Assembly (NCBI GenBank): GCA_040954595.2
Contig: CM082586.2
Coordinates: 1,989,124 to 2,053,123, forward strand
Source of the DNA: Balanoglossus misakiensis
Taxonomy: Eukaryota > Animalia > Hemichordata
DNA length: 64,000 nt
Direction of reading: 5' to 3'
Part shown: positions 13,601-28,367 of the stretch, one piece after another
Layout of the letters: each line of letters begins with the position of its first letter
Position numbering within the stretch: position 1 is the stretch's first letter
Program-made: the position numbers and the translations under genes
The notes under the pieces: model-generated
Database searches by the model: none
Told to the model about the DNA's origin: nothing
What the model saw: the letters and a program-made list of their open reading frames with translations, nothing else

Positions 13601-16600
13601 GCATAACATTGGCCATTTGATGGCAGCTCGGGGGTTTAGAAAACCAGTGATGCAAATCTCTTTTGGACACAAACACACAAATTCTCACCACAGCTGCTTC
13701 CAGGCGAAGATAAGGGTGATCGTTAAAAGAAAAACCCTCCAAGAATGTATCAAAAATCGATTGTGCCGAAAGTGGGTACTCTACACTGGCTGAATTCTTC
13801 CCCTGGGGCTGTTTCTTGTGTTGTGACACATTCAACAATAATGCACCCCCTTTTGAATTATAAGCACTTCAGGTAAAAAGAGAAAGTGGGCCAGTCTTGC
13901 ATGACGTCAAACCACGCACTGACCGCTCCCTCGCTTGCCCTTGCCACGCCAAACCAACGACGTGTGGGCCTGTCTTAATCGGGACACCGCAACAACTACA
14001 AAGCCTGCCAAAAAAGTCTCCAGACTAAAAAGATTCTTTACCTGTCAGATAACTCGATGCAGCTTACACACTGCCTATGGTTACACGGTCGTATACACTG
14101 AGATACTTGTTTTCACGTTGCCCTAGCAACTGCTGGAATGCCTTCTCACGTGCAAAATATTTCCGTCAGAGTGTGAAATGATTTATTATTCAAAATCAAT
14201 TTGTTTCGACCTGCCGTTTCAACCTGAACAAAACAGAAATGATTCGAACTACATACCTTCTTGTATTAAAATCAAAATCCAGATTGAAATTTTACAGTGA
14301 ATTTCTCAAAAAATTTGATACTATATTAATTTTTTTCATCTGAACTTTTGACAATCATCTCAAGTCTATACCACTGTTTTTTTCCAACAGGACCCAAGAC
14401 ACCTGACCTGGTTCTCGGTATGTCATGACAAGCTCAGTATCTGCATCAAATTGGAGAGTCCCACAACTTCACATGATTTGACCCTGTCTGACTTTTTTTG
14501 TCTCTTCAGGGTTACTGATGTTGGCTAAGAAATGCACAATCTGACCCGATTCTGTCAAGTTCTGAGGCTTAAATTTTTGTTGACGCCGGCCATTTCTGTT
14601 TGAAATTTCAAGTAGGGCTTAAGAGGAATAATCCCACTGTCAATTTGAAATTCAAGTGTTCAATACACAAACTCTCCACTTTATCAAGAATACAGCCACA
14701 CATACAAATCACCACACTTCACACTTGAAGTTGTTGTGGTCAAGTTCCAGTTCAGCCTTATCAGGGCGTCGACTTCATGTTCAGACAGTTGTAAATAAAT
14801 CCTACCACTCTTTCATAATTCAAATTGAAGTTCAATAAATACTCTTTTATTTATTAATATTTCCTCAGTATGTCATAGACGGCATTCATCACATTTTAAA
14901 ACTTATGCCACACAGCATTTCCCACTGAATGGTTCAAGCCATGATTGCTTTGAATGGTGTGGCCAGTTCTACTTTGGAAATATGGGGGTTTTTCATGTAC
15001 AAAATTCTGAAACCTCAGACTGAGTTCATATTTATAGAAACAAACAGAATTTCAAAAAAGTGGAGCAAATTTGCATATCTGTGTCGCTACCAGCAAACGA
15101 CCCAAAAACCTACATCCATTCAAATTTTACAGTTCTGTACTCTTTCTTATTTTAAAGAAAATAAACAAATCACTGCATTTCATTGAATTTAGATTAGAAT
15201 TACAAACAGCAAGGTGTATGTCTACACTTCCAAATCTCGCACAGGGTAGGTATTTTTTTACTGACTCTGAGCGATTTGCTAGTCATTGTGATAAACCCTC
15301 CTTATTACATACACAATTAACTTTCACTGGCTTACACATAGTAAAGTTAGCAGCCAGTGCATTTTTTTCATTGACTCGGCAAATTTTACGGCCGGGATCT
15401 ACACTCGTAAACATCCCGACCCCATACTTATACTGTTTTCTTTTCATACTTTCGCCGCATCCACACAATAGGGGAGACATTTCAAAAAAACGTTCTGGAC
15501 ACTTCAAGAACCCTCGTATAAATCCTTCAACCCTGACGAGAGTCTTCATTGTGGCAGGCCGGGGGTTAATAGAGACAGTCGTCCTTTTCGAATGACTCAG
15601 AGTAGGTCAGGGTTTGGACTGTCACGGGTAAATATTGCAATTCACGAGCGGTTCCCTATTGTTCAGTTTCTGTTGAACAAACTACGGCAAGTAGGGGACA
15701 TGCGAGTTTGATTTGAAAATAATGAGCTTTCTATGACTTTGAGGTCTCCCTTACATTAGCAATTATGCTTTGATGATCGGTCATTTATCGCGTGCAGTTA
15801 GTACCGGGTCATTTAACTTGGTGGTACCCAAGCAATGTATTTGCTGAATTAATGCTGCATGCATGTTCGATTTTATTATAAAGGAGACATAATTTAAAAT
15901 AAACACAGAGTTTTATTCAGTGATAATTGAACATTCATCCACTTTTTCATATCCACTTTGCTCTGACTGGACACTGCATTTTTTTAACGATATTGTAACA
16001 AAATAACAAGATTTCCAAGTAAGCACAGGGCTTCTAGTCAACCAGTATGAGACAAAAACCACCAGGGTTGCATCTGATTCTGGTTGCCCCGCAGGTTTGA
16101 TATGGCTACTGTTTTCTGTACTGCAAAAGTTCAGGAACTGTTTCTTTGTGTTTGCAAGGGCCAGCCGATCAGGATTGTTTGTCCAGTATAGAAATACCAA
16201 GATCACAAAAAGTGGGCAATGCAGATCAACTTCTCGATTTTTGTGTATTGGCCATCACCTGTATTTTCATTTCCCACTCGTATGTTTGCATGTTTTCATT
16301 TGTTTTAAGTTTCTCAATTCAGTTGACTTGCAGATCCCTAATTTCTGGCATCAGGTGACTTGCAGATCCAAACTTCCTCCAGTCGAGTCCAGATTTTCAC
16401 CATCTCTTCACAGCATGCGAAGCAAGTGTTCAAATTTCTGGAACATGCAGGTGTTTACATCTACCATACAGATACACATGCACCCATACAGATGACTGCA
16501 TCAATCATAACGCAATACAGTCTCGAATAAACTGGCAACAACGTTCCAACACGTCCCTCATCAAACGGCCATTGTGAAAACAAAACAAAAATCGCATACT

Positions 16601-17444
16601 TCCAGTAAGCTGTCGGACAGTATAGCAACACCATGTAACACTTAAATTCCCCCAAAAGAAAAAACAATAGACTCTTTATCACTTTTTTATGAAGCTGATT
16701 TTATTGACATGCCAGTACAGCTGGGTTGCACAACAATGCTGACTCCATTGTCTTGTCAAAAAAGTTGACCCTTTGTCCACCGAATTTAACTGTTGCTCCA
16801 TTGCTCAATATCTTCGGCTATCAACGGTCCAGAATCGCTTTAATTAAATTGGTTGTTTCTATGACGATGCCGATATTGGATTATCATATCAGCCAGCAAA
16901 GGAACCGGTGAGCTAAGGGGGCAAAGACAACTCAACACTGGGAAATATAAAAAACATTGCTTTATCTCAATTGCTGGTACAGTGTATTAGCCACACTCGC
17001 CACAATGCCAAAACATGAAATATAAAGGAAATCACCAATATTATGGAGATTTCTGTGGAATCTTTATTTGACAACTGTTCAAAATGACCCCAGGTGACAG
17101 GTACACTCCTCTTTACAGACAAACAACTTGATACTGTCTTGTTAAATGTAGCAAAGTAGAGGTCAATTAGTAAACATTTCATTGAGCCATGCATCCTGCA
17201 TTGAATGCACAGTGGCCACCTTGGTCAGCAAACAATGAATGCGCTTGCAGATCCACAATCACACCACTTGAAGCTCATACAATTTACAGTAAATGGTTTG
17301 AGCAAAGGTATACTGACACAGACCCTTTTACTTAGTAGCTAGCACACACCATGTGAGGTTAGAAACTGAATTTCTGCGTTCTCCACCTGGTCAAATCTTC
17401 CATGGGGTATTGGCTGATGTATTTGGGCATGTAGAGGTGTGTGG

Positions 17445-17735
17445 AAGGGACGGGGGATAGGACGAATGCCTCATATTGGTGGGAGAAGGGGGGTGGCAAG
17501 GGACGGGGGATAGGACGAATGCCTCATATTGGTGGGAGAAGGGGGGTGGCAGTGTTTGTGAATATGTGTGAATGAATTCTGCATTCTGCCATTCGAAGTA
17601 TCCTCCTGGTCAAAACTTCCCTCGGAATTGGCCAATTGTGGGTGTATCAGTACACGTGCTTGTGTGTGGAAGGGAGGGAGGGGGGGGGGGGGCAAGATGA
17701 ATACCTCATAGAGGTGGGAGAAGGAGGGTGGCAAT
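17445..17735. repeat. 53-bp G-rich minisatellite (2 near-perfect copies plus 1 degenerate copy)
   Basis: aagggacgggggataggacgaatgcctcatattggtgggagaaggggggtggc at 17445 and 17498; a diverged copy at ~17668-17733. Confidence 0.9.
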
Positions 17736-19770
17736 GTTTGTGTGAATATGAAATGTTTGTGAATGTGTGAATATGAAATGTTTGTGGTGTGTATCAAATC
17801 CGACCTCATTCAGGAGACATGATCGACTGGTACAAGAGTGGGTGTATATAATTCTGAAGTACACTCTAGATGGTTATTTTTTTCCCGGCTTTTGTTACCT
17901 GTCTCCAGAGACAGCACCTTAACCAAACACTTGTTTGCTGCTTTTATTGACCTATTGCAAAGTCACCCGAGTTGAGTTTTTCTTTTTTTGTGTGTGTACT
18001 GAAGTGACAAGCCGACCGGGTCAAATGTGCCATTGCAGGTGTATTCGTCCATTCAAGGTTGCGGTCTGAATTCAAATGATAAAAAAATAGTAAAGGTTAA
18101 ACTTTGAATGTTCTCATGTGTGCTTCACATGGGAAGACAACCGACCACTGACTTTCAAAATGATCGGATTCTGTCTTATCTATAGACACCTGAGTTGACT
18201 GAACATCTTTCCAAGTCCCATTCACATAAAACACTCTGTTGAAAGAACAGACTGTAAACCACAGTTTTCTCAGACCTTGTGATGCTCAGTTTAAACACTG
18301 GTTTTAGTGTATTTACTTTGGTGGGCCAACCCCCCCAAATAATGACTTAATTTCATTCATCCCTAGAACTAACTTTCCCTGGGTATTCTCACCAGAGTGG
18401 GTTAATTTCACCATAGTCTCTGTTTAAACTTATAAAATATTTACATGACGTGAGCTCTGAGCAGGTGACTTTTGAAAGGACCAGCTGACAAAAGTAGGAT
18501 TAGTTTGTTGTAAAGGGGGATAAGTTGATCCGACTAAATTTAGAATATGGTGTCCTTGTCTTAAGGGACAGTGGACAGACGACACTTCACAACGGACAGG
18601 CTCACAGTGATGAAACGAAAGATAGAAACATTTAACAGTAAAAGTTACTGCGTCAAACTGTTTCTTTTTAACTATCGGTGGTTAAATAACAGTTTGCTTT
18701 TATGAAGATACATCAGTCGAAAAAGTTTAATAGGGGATAAAATGTGTTCACGAAAAGAGGGCATTTTTTTTTTCTTGCGCCCCTGGAACAAATTGATTTT
18801 TGTCTGGCACCTTTTATATTTATAGGATTAGGCAAAAATTACTACACCCCATGGATAGCTATTAGAAACCACCACTGGGATCAATTTCATTAATTATTTA
18901 CATCTAATGACTGGGCTGTGTTTCAGCCCCAATCCAGATGGGGCAGGGTGGAATGGCTACCAAAGTACTTGCAACAGTTACAATTTCCTGGGTCTGTTGT
19001 TTGAGTTTTGAATTTTTTATTTGTTGCGGCAGATGAAGTGAAATGCACAGAATCGTTTTGTATTCACTTGTCCTTCCTAGTGTAATTGTAACGTGTAAAA
19101 CGTTGGCACCGGAATGAACAGAAGTCCAAGTTTCCATTGATGGATATTCTCTGTATGCACTCCCTGTATCAACACGGAAGGTGAAGAGGCCATTGTGAGC
19201 ACTTTTCATGATTTGACTAAACAACCCCATATTCTTCATATCATATATTCATCATATAACAATTCCCTTACAATGCATTGATTACAGTAACTACAAATTA
19301 ATTACAGTCAAAGATCTTACACACAAATCATTTTCTGCAAACTTTATTTACCATTTTGTGAACAACTAAAAGACAAGACTCCAAGCATCAAGTTTCTCTG
19401 GAATAAAATTTATTCGTTTCATTTCATTTTTCTCCAATACTTTAGGGAGCTCTACTATCCAATAAAAATGCTACCTAAGTAGTCCTAAATAGCCCTTAAG
19501 GGGGATCTTAGACCCTCTTATTTACATAATGAATAAATTATTAGCCTGTGAATATTAATGGCTTAATCCCATGAGAAACCCCCTAAAAGTCGATAAATGT
19601 AGTCTGGAAGAAGTGGTTCCAACAAAATAATGATCATTAGTCCTTATAACCAAATAAAACACAGTAAATGTTTAAACAGAGATTACCACAAAAGTTGTCT
19701 TTGGTATTTGATAAGGGAATATAACTGACATGAGGTGTTAAATCATTTAAGTAATCGAGGTCCCCCTTAA

Positions 19771-19795
19771 CCCCCCCCCCCCCCCCCCCGCCCCC
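19771..19795. repeat. Poly-C tract
   Basis: Run of ~19 C followed by gcccc. Confidence 0.9.
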
Positions 19796-22700
19796 TTACT
19801 GTCGTGTTGATTAAATGATAGATTTGAAAATTCAAACGCAAACGATGAAGGTGTGTGCTTGTTTGCACTTCTTTTGTCCAATTATGTACATCTGCATTTT
19901 CCTCTAAAAGTAAGCTAATTCTGTCAAACACTGTACCAGTACCTAACACAGGTTAATTTTTTTATTTTCAAATCACTCCTGAATTTAATGGTTACAACAA
20001 ATGAGTTTATACTAGCTAGGTCACCATCATTGATAAAAGTCCACCCTATCATGATTTAGATTACTTCTGCTGGGGTAGTTTACCAAAGAAAAGGCCATTA
20101 GAATGAACAAAATCTTTTACACACCATGCATGTATATTTATATAACACACAGTTCGCTTTCATGCGGCCAATATTAATTTTACAGCACAGGCATTTCTAA
20201 TGGTGAATCTAGCTGAAACTTAACTCTAGTACGCCACACAACAACACAGCAAAAATCCCACACGCCAGAATCTCAATTTTCTCAATATTTAATCTGCCAT
20301 TCACCATGAAGACCAGTGAAAACTTATAGCCATGGTTAATTCTCTTCAAATGCATTCTTGTAACATAATATCACTGTCAACCTGTGGCTTGTTTGCAGTG
20401 CAAAGTCAAGTCCAACCACTCCTAGTTACTGAGTCTAGTTTAATTAAATTGTTGCTGAAATACTAGTATCACTTTGTCATTTGAGGCATGCAAACAGGCA
20501 CCATGACATTGACTTTTCAGGTGGGACAATTTAAGTCTGATATGGGACCAATAATTATGATTCATGAGATTTACATCCATACATCCAAGCAGATGTCAAA
20601 ACTTTTGCAGCTTTTGGACTGAAATTACAGGTTTTCATGGGATGGCAAGGCGATTTGACAGACTTGCTCACAAGATCACACATAAAAAATAGGAAAAAGA
20701 ACTAAACACAGCAGCAAAAAACGCAACCCAAAATTTCACATCACAAAAACAACAAAAGCGCTATTAAACATGGTCAGATACACCGTCCATGTTTTGAAGA
20801 ACATTGCCAAATACAAACAAAAATAGAAACCGACTAATTTGCTCAATTGAATACAGCAGCTAGGCTAATTACAACACAAATACAACTTTTGAGTGCGTCA
20901 TGTCTTTCAAAGTACCTTCATTATTTGCATCTATTTGTTGACATGCTTTGTATAGCCGTCATCCTCATGCCTGACTGCATTAATTAAGGGAGGTCTGCAC
21001 TAATTAGAATTAGCCCTGCACAGTGGAGGAATTCCATGCCTTCTTTACGGTATTATGAGATTATTAGTTACATGATCTGCAGATCGTTGCCACTTTCGTT
21101 ATGTTACATGCTGTTAGCTGTTGTTGTGTCATCTCTAGTACAATCGTACATTTGACATTTTACTATCATCATGCATAAGGACAGTGTGAACTTTCTTGAT
21201 GCACACCATATATGACAGAGCCACCTTAATCATATTTCAGATCAGAGGTCTCGGATTTCATAATTCCGACTGCTCAATCTCCCAGTTTTTGAATGCAGGA
21301 GATGCGGAGGGGGGATTCCGGATTGCAATGATATTCAGGAGAGTGCATGCACAGAATTCAAAACAAACCTTTTTAATTAAGGTGGATCCCCCAGAATCAT
21401 CATTGCGTTAATTGGCACTGCCAGTGTAATAATCAGGGGGAGGGGACATGAAAAGTTTTTGTGTGTGCATTTTTTTTTTTGCTGGAGGTCAGTTTTACAG
21501 GGGTGACAAATTTGTAAAAAAGAGGAGAAAAGAGGAGAAAACAATGAATGATAATCTGTCTTCTTTGTTGGGATAATCAGTGTAAGCTGCTTAGGGCCTG
21601 AAAGAGATGGGTGTTGGAATGGGGTTTACAGATGCTTAGCCCTTACACACCAGTAATTTACAATGCTTCTCCTTTGCTGAGCGAGACAAAACGCAATCAG
21701 CTGACTCATTCACATGCTCTTGTAACGGCCAAAAATACCACAATTTAAAACCGCGCGATGATGTCCCGATCGGAGGAGAGCTAGCTAGCGCATGCATGCA
21801 CGAGTTTCTGAATCATCGCAAACGACGACAACTTGGCAGACTCAATGATTGTGAACCACCGGGAGAGATAGACGACAAGAGGGTTTCTCATTTGAAAGAT
21901 TACAGTGGCTTTCATCCAGCGTGAGGAGAAAGGCAGTCACCGAAAGGAGCCGCAGTGTGGTTACACAATACGAGGGGCTTTGCATTGAATTGTGTTGTGA
22001 AAGAACTGAAACAGGAATTAGTCAGCTCACAAAGAGATTAGTAAATTTTGTAGAAGGAGTTAAGGCACTCGGAGGCATACAAGACCCCATTTCAATAAAA
22101 CTTTTATTAGTCAGACAATATGGCGATCGCCGGCAAAAGGCGCGGAACAACACCACTAATCATTGTTTACCCACAATTCATTATTTTCCTGACTGACTTT
22201 TGGACCTGGCAGGGGAGATGAATGTACGCTTGTAGCAGGCCCTTGGGGCAGGGCTGGGCTGTGGGGATTTGATATTGTCAATTTTGGTATATTACGTGTG
22301 TGAATGATTCAAATCTTTATCCACATCAAAGGCCTATAAACAGAGAAAGGTGTTCAGCAAATTCTGTCTTAGATGTACAACACATATAACGAACAAGATT
22401 ACTTTCTCTGGGGATTCTTTGTAAAAAATTCTGAACATCACGACAAAAATACCAGAGCACATAACACACAGATTCTGAATTTGAATACTGTTAACTTTGT
22501 TTTCTCAAAAAGAAAAACAAGATTATTCAATGAGGTTTATGTTTGCTGGGAGGTATGGCAGCTGACTCAAGGGAGAAACAAGAGTAAATAGGGGAGGATA
22601 TTTGGTCGTAAGCTGATTTTAGATGCATTAAAGCAAGTAGAATTAGTGGATTACCGATCTAATGAAGCTTTTAACACAGAATGGTTATGTGGTATGCTTT

Positions 22701-22909
22701 TGTCTGTGTTTTTGAGGAGTGAGAATGTTTATATATATATGATTAAGCTGGATGCATGCATGCATGTACAAATGGAGTTTGAAATTAGGCTGGTCAGAGG
22801 GACTTCTGTCCGTGGTGATGTGGGCGGGGTAGTGCGGACTGAGTGGTCAAGCTGGTGATGGTCACTCAGTAGTGACTGCCACTGGTCTGTACTGTTGGTC
22901 AACTACTTC

Positions 22910-22950
22910 AGATTAGATTAGATTAGATCAGATCAGATTAAGATTGATTA
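22910..22950. repeat. (AGATT/AGATC)n pentanucleotide repeat
   Basis: agattagattagattagatcagatcagattaagattgatta. Confidence 0.85.
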
Positions 22951-25900
22951 CTGAATGGTTCAGCGGCACTAGAAGATTTCAGTTGTTGGACAGTTCATTA
23001 TGATGCTGAGGGTCTCCTCTCTCTAGTGGGTCTGTATGAGATCAGTTCCCATTGGCCGGAGTGGTGGAACTAGCCAATCAAGTGGTCTGAATGGCCACTA
23101 AGGAGGCTAAATTGGCCACACAACACACAGCCACCCGAGAAAAACCAACACACTCAGAACAGCCATGTTTTATTGCCGCTTGTGACTACATAAATATATC
23201 TGACCAATTTGTCAAATTGAAACAATATGAGTACCCAATCCACGAAGATGACATATTAACAATTAGATAGGAAAAATAAATTGAGGTGCCGCAAATAAAT
23301 TTTCATGTTTGGGCAGGTTTTCAGTAATCTATTACATCTGACAAAATAGATTTCAAGTCATCTTTATTTATCTTTTATACACGAGAGAGCACTGTGCCAA
23401 TATTTGAAACATCCCCTGGCTGTCTTCTAAACTGGAGGAGTGTTTCTAATATATAACTAATGTTTAATGATCGGGATTTTAAATCAATCTTGAATCCTCA
23501 GTCAGCAAATTGAGATATAGAGAAGCAGATGAAAGGAATGAGGAAGTTTTGCTGGGTTGCAATTTTGGGACTGTCAATTCTCTGGTGATTGCATGACTGG
23601 CCAATAATTTTTACATGCATAGGAACAAGTCAGCCTCCTGAATCGCTGTATAGGGATGCTATATTTCACTTTGTCTGTTAATCCACTGACATGGTTTGGG
23701 AGGGGAACACATTTAAGCATAAACTTGGCTTAATTAGATGAAAACAAAAGAAACAGTTGATTGAAAGTGGAGCTCTCCTCAATGAATACCTGAGAACATA
23801 AACTGAATAAGTGGGAATTGGCCAGATGTGCTGACTATGAATCTAAAGATGACCAGAAATTTCTCCATTTCTCAGAAATTTTTCATAATGCACTATCTTG
23901 ATTCAACAAGATTACCAATACAACACTGGATTTACATTCTGCAGACTAACAGTAATATGATGTATATTTAGCAAGAGAAAATGATTGGTACCAATCTCCA
24001 TGAGAAAGCTGAAACAACCAGTTTCGATATGAAATCTAGGTTAATGTATGATGCCAGCAATATACAAATGATCCAGATAAAAAATCCATTTTGACTTTGT
24101 ACTTCGTCTCGTCACTTCCTGTAGCAAGATGTTTATCGATCGCTGGCAAAATGGATGTCTGTGAAGCGCATTGACCGACTGATATTTGAAGTGGGCATTG
24201 TCAGACTTGCCATATTGTGTGTGCTGAATTGCATAAGTACATTGATGTGAATTAAGGATAGAAAAACAAACACTGCTCTGTATTCTGCAGTTTAAATATA
24301 GACTTGAATTCATTCTCAATAAGTACAGAGATGTGACAATATCTGGGAGGGAGGGGGACTGTACATTTAAATCCTACATCTGATACATGAAGTTATACAA
24401 CCATCACCATGGTGCTTATGATTAAATCAATGAATCGAAATTATGGCGGGGAGGGCGGGGTTCCTGTATGATCATCGACTTTGTCAGGTCACATTGACCT
24501 GGAATATGAAAATGCTGCAGTTGCCTGGACTTGTAACTTCATTGCCACTGCACTTGGGCCTGAAGTAGAGTAGCTCCCTCGATTTTTTCTCAGCGTGGGA
24601 AGAACCATTGTTAAATACTCAGTTGTCTCTGCACAGGGCGCTAATTGTCTGTTTTGGCACAAAAGCAAAACAAAAACAAAACAAACTGTGCCAACTTCTT
24701 CCACAGCGCACTGTTTCTGCATGAGTGAAACTGAATTTAGACACAATGTACGTCGTACCTCTCCAAAATTTGCAAAATACACCAAATGGGACCCCTTTTC
24801 TTCTTTGGTCAGGTGAGAAAATGTGTACAAGTTTACCCTAAAAGCAATGCAGGAGGTTGGAATGCAAGGCTATGTCCAGGATCTGACCGGACAAGTTTTT
24901 AGGTGAAGAAATGTGTTTTCAAATCAACAACATCCACCTCTAATTGTAGTCGTCAATTTGCAAAACCTGAAAAGTGACCAAAACAGTGGTGGGAACAATG
25001 CACATAGTTGACAATGCATTGGAGACAATGTTGATTGCGAGTGAAATTTATTCGCTGGGTTTCACTTGAATTCACGTTAATGGAGGCCTGATTTGCCGGA
25101 AAAAATGAAGACAGGTTGAAGAAGGAATACAATTCCACTCAATCATCGGGCAAAACTACAAACTGTCAATCTTGGTGCGAAAATGAAATAACATGTTGAT
25201 TCTGATACAACCAGCAACACCATCAATATGAGAAAACATCCATCTGTTAAAGCCACTAGCTTCCAGAAGACATTGACCAAAGTCCACCAAACCTGCACTG
25301 TCCCACACAACTTCTCACATCAAAAACTAAATTGACCAAAGTTAAAATCTCTCCACGTCAGTCTATTCTGTTTCCTTCTCATCATGACTGACTGGCACAC
25401 ACACACATCTTTCACATCTGGCCGATTTTCAGGCATTTTACGAAACTGTGTGTGTACGCAGCCAAGCGCAAACGTGGGTGTGCCTATTGCATTAGTCCCG
25501 TGACTGTCCACAAAAGAGGAAGACAAATGAAGTCACTTAGATTCCGGCAGACAGGTGACTGCTCTCCAGCCTGACATCCGTATGGAAGTTTTCTGTTTCA
25601 GGGTTTGCCTGACGAGGAACCACATTTTGAGGACCAAAATGGTGAAATAGTCACCAGAACTTGCTCCTACTAATTAGCCCTATGACTGGAATCAAAGCAA
25701 CAGAATTAGTATCATTCTTTTCATCAACTTTGTACTTATTTGCGAAAGTTTCACAGACTCAGAAATAAAAGGACACTATTGATGGAGTATATTCTGTAAT
25801 CGAAATGATGAAGGCATTATCTCAGTGGTCACTGACAATACTTGGTCTCTCTTTCTCAGCTGTTGACGTCATTGCCTGAACACCCAAGAGTACAAAATGA

Positions 25901-28300
25901 AATCACTGACTGATCCTTCTGTTTTCAATCATACCCTGAGGCTTTGGGATAAGTGTTTACTTCAAAGAGTTGACTATAGTAGGTAAAACAGCGGTTTAAA
26001 ACGACAGATATAAACCGGAGGTTACATCAGTATCGCCTGGAGTGAATTACGTCAGGCATGGCAAGGGTGCGTCTTGATTCAAAACATCTGACACAGATTT
26101 AACTTTTAGGTGGGGGCTGTCAGCAATTAGTGTAAATGTCCGTATCATCAAATATATCATGACAATGCAATGGGTAGCGGATGTTCCAACATGTGTTAGC
26201 ACTCCCTTTATACCCTACTGAGGTATGTTCCAAATTGGTCTGCTAATTAGTGGAGTGTTTTGACACTTAATGAAAAACAATACGCACAACCATACCAAAC
26301 AAACAAATACTTGTCAAAGTGCAGTGGCCCCAATTAACGCAATCTGGAGGGAGCTTGACTTAATTACCCTAACTGACTCCAACAACAAACATTGAGTGAT
26401 AAAATCAGACAGATGTTAGGTCACAGATGGATGGACAACTCATCATGAATTTCATGTCTTGACAATACCATATACATGCGAAAAATACAGTCATTAATAA
26501 TGAATATCTGATGAAGAAATTAAGGAGGCCCATTAAACCTTTTAATCATTCAACCATTCAGCATTTACCTTGAACTTCGAGACTGACCTAGTCAGTTTTT
26601 TCTCTGACCATCCTATCTACAACCATTGTTGTTTCAGAGACCACATTTACTAAACAGAGCATCAGTTTGCGTTGAACAATATATTCCTATATTTTACAGC
26701 ATCATGCTTGACACAAATTCATCATTTAAATCTGCAAGACCTGTTACCTAGAATATTTTTCTTCCTACTTGCACATGACATGGAATATCATTAATACAAC
26801 GTTCATTTGTGCCCTCATTTCTCATGTGATATTATTATCAAAGACTGTGAATTTTACTGTCAAATCTTCTTCCTCCCCTCTGCTTTTTTAATGACATTTC
26901 ACTGAATAAATTCTTCTGTATCTCACATCTTTATTTCCCGTCATTCCATGACCCCATTTTAAAATATTACACCTTTCCCTTATATTGACACTTTCACATT
27001 CTATTTTGACCCGATTCACGGAAACTGCACACTGTATTTCCATAGCTGTCACATTTCTTGTATGTCCGATATCACACGACGTGACATTCATGTCAGAAAG
27101 AGGGAAAGACTACACAATACGACCTCCTGTGAAATCCAAAAATTTCACTGCACAGTTGACATCCTTATATGAAGCGTCCTTGAAGTCCACACACACAAAA
27201 ATCAGTACTCACTTGAAAAACACAGACACAAACTGGCAACACCTGCTCTCCGACGTTAATATTTCATCAGAGTCTGCCCCTCTCAGGAAATTAAAAACTC
27301 TTCGTAATGGCTCGCAAAGCCATGTGACTTTGACTTATTGGGCTTCGGTGTATTGATCCAAAACGTGCTACATTTCCTGTTCTTTCAGACCCAAAACTCT
27401 ATTCATAAGTACAGGAATTTTTTCCGTGTACAATTAGTCTTTCAGTGACAGTAATGGTAATCAATCATTTTGTGTGTTTGGATTTTTTCCCCTTTTTGTC
27501 AGACTTGCAAATGTCCTTTCGAATGCTGTAAATGCTTCTGTATTGATATTCATACAACTCTTATCCTTCTCAATTAGCAGCGTTTCGAATAAACTCACCC
27601 AGCAGACTTTGTGGCTGAACAGATATTATATTTCTTGATTATAGGTGAAATAAACTTCTGGGCGCATTTTAAAGCATTGATCTCTGTACTTTTCTTCAAT
27701 TTATAAACATTGCAGCTTCCCAAGTCTGTTAACTCTGAACCAAAAAGGTGCAATGTCTGTCTGTCAAGTATTTTATCAGCAAACTGATATAAGGTTTATC
27801 TGTTATCATCTCGGAGCTTAAGTCTGGTACGATAAGACAACTAAACACCTATGTATCATTGACCCAATGACCGGGCTTGGCCTTGCCCTGCAATGTCACA
27901 TACCTATTTTCAGAGGAAGTCTAGCTATCGCCTGGTGATAATATCATTTAACATTTCTCAACTGGAGCTTCAATGCTGGTATTAACATGCCTGTTGTTTG
28001 TTTCATTCAGGTTAGTGTTCAGTAAAATGGGGGAAGAGGCAGATTACTTATAAGAGCCATAGAATTTTGGTCAGCAGATGCATCACAACAGGAGTGAGTT
28101 GTTTAAACTATGAGATATGATCGACTACCGGTATTTCTGAAATGGAAACGTTCAAACCATTTTGGAAACATTTGGGTACCATCTCAAATCTGCCACACTC
28201 GAAAAGCAATACAGGTGAAGTGAATCATCCATTCAGCTATCTGTGAGGCACACTGCAGCCTTGAGGCATGCAGATCTACGATGGATGATACATCAGATGA

Positions 28301-28367
28301 AACAGTTAGTAAATCACTTTCAAAAGGGCCCTCATACGCAACAGTTAGTAAATCACCTTAAAAGGGA
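28301..28367. repeat. Short direct duplication, period 39 bp
   Basis: aacagttagtaaatcac..t.aaaaggg at 28301 and 28340. Confidence 0.8.

Noticed and set aside
15264-15603. Possible MITE with ACTCTGAG / CTCAGAGT termini
   Set aside because: The inverted repeat is short and imperfect with no target-site duplication; it could be chance.
25601-25672. Acceptor-like site followed by a short ORF, GLPDEEPHFEDQNGEIVTRTCSY*
   Set aside because: No partner exons or recognisable homology.
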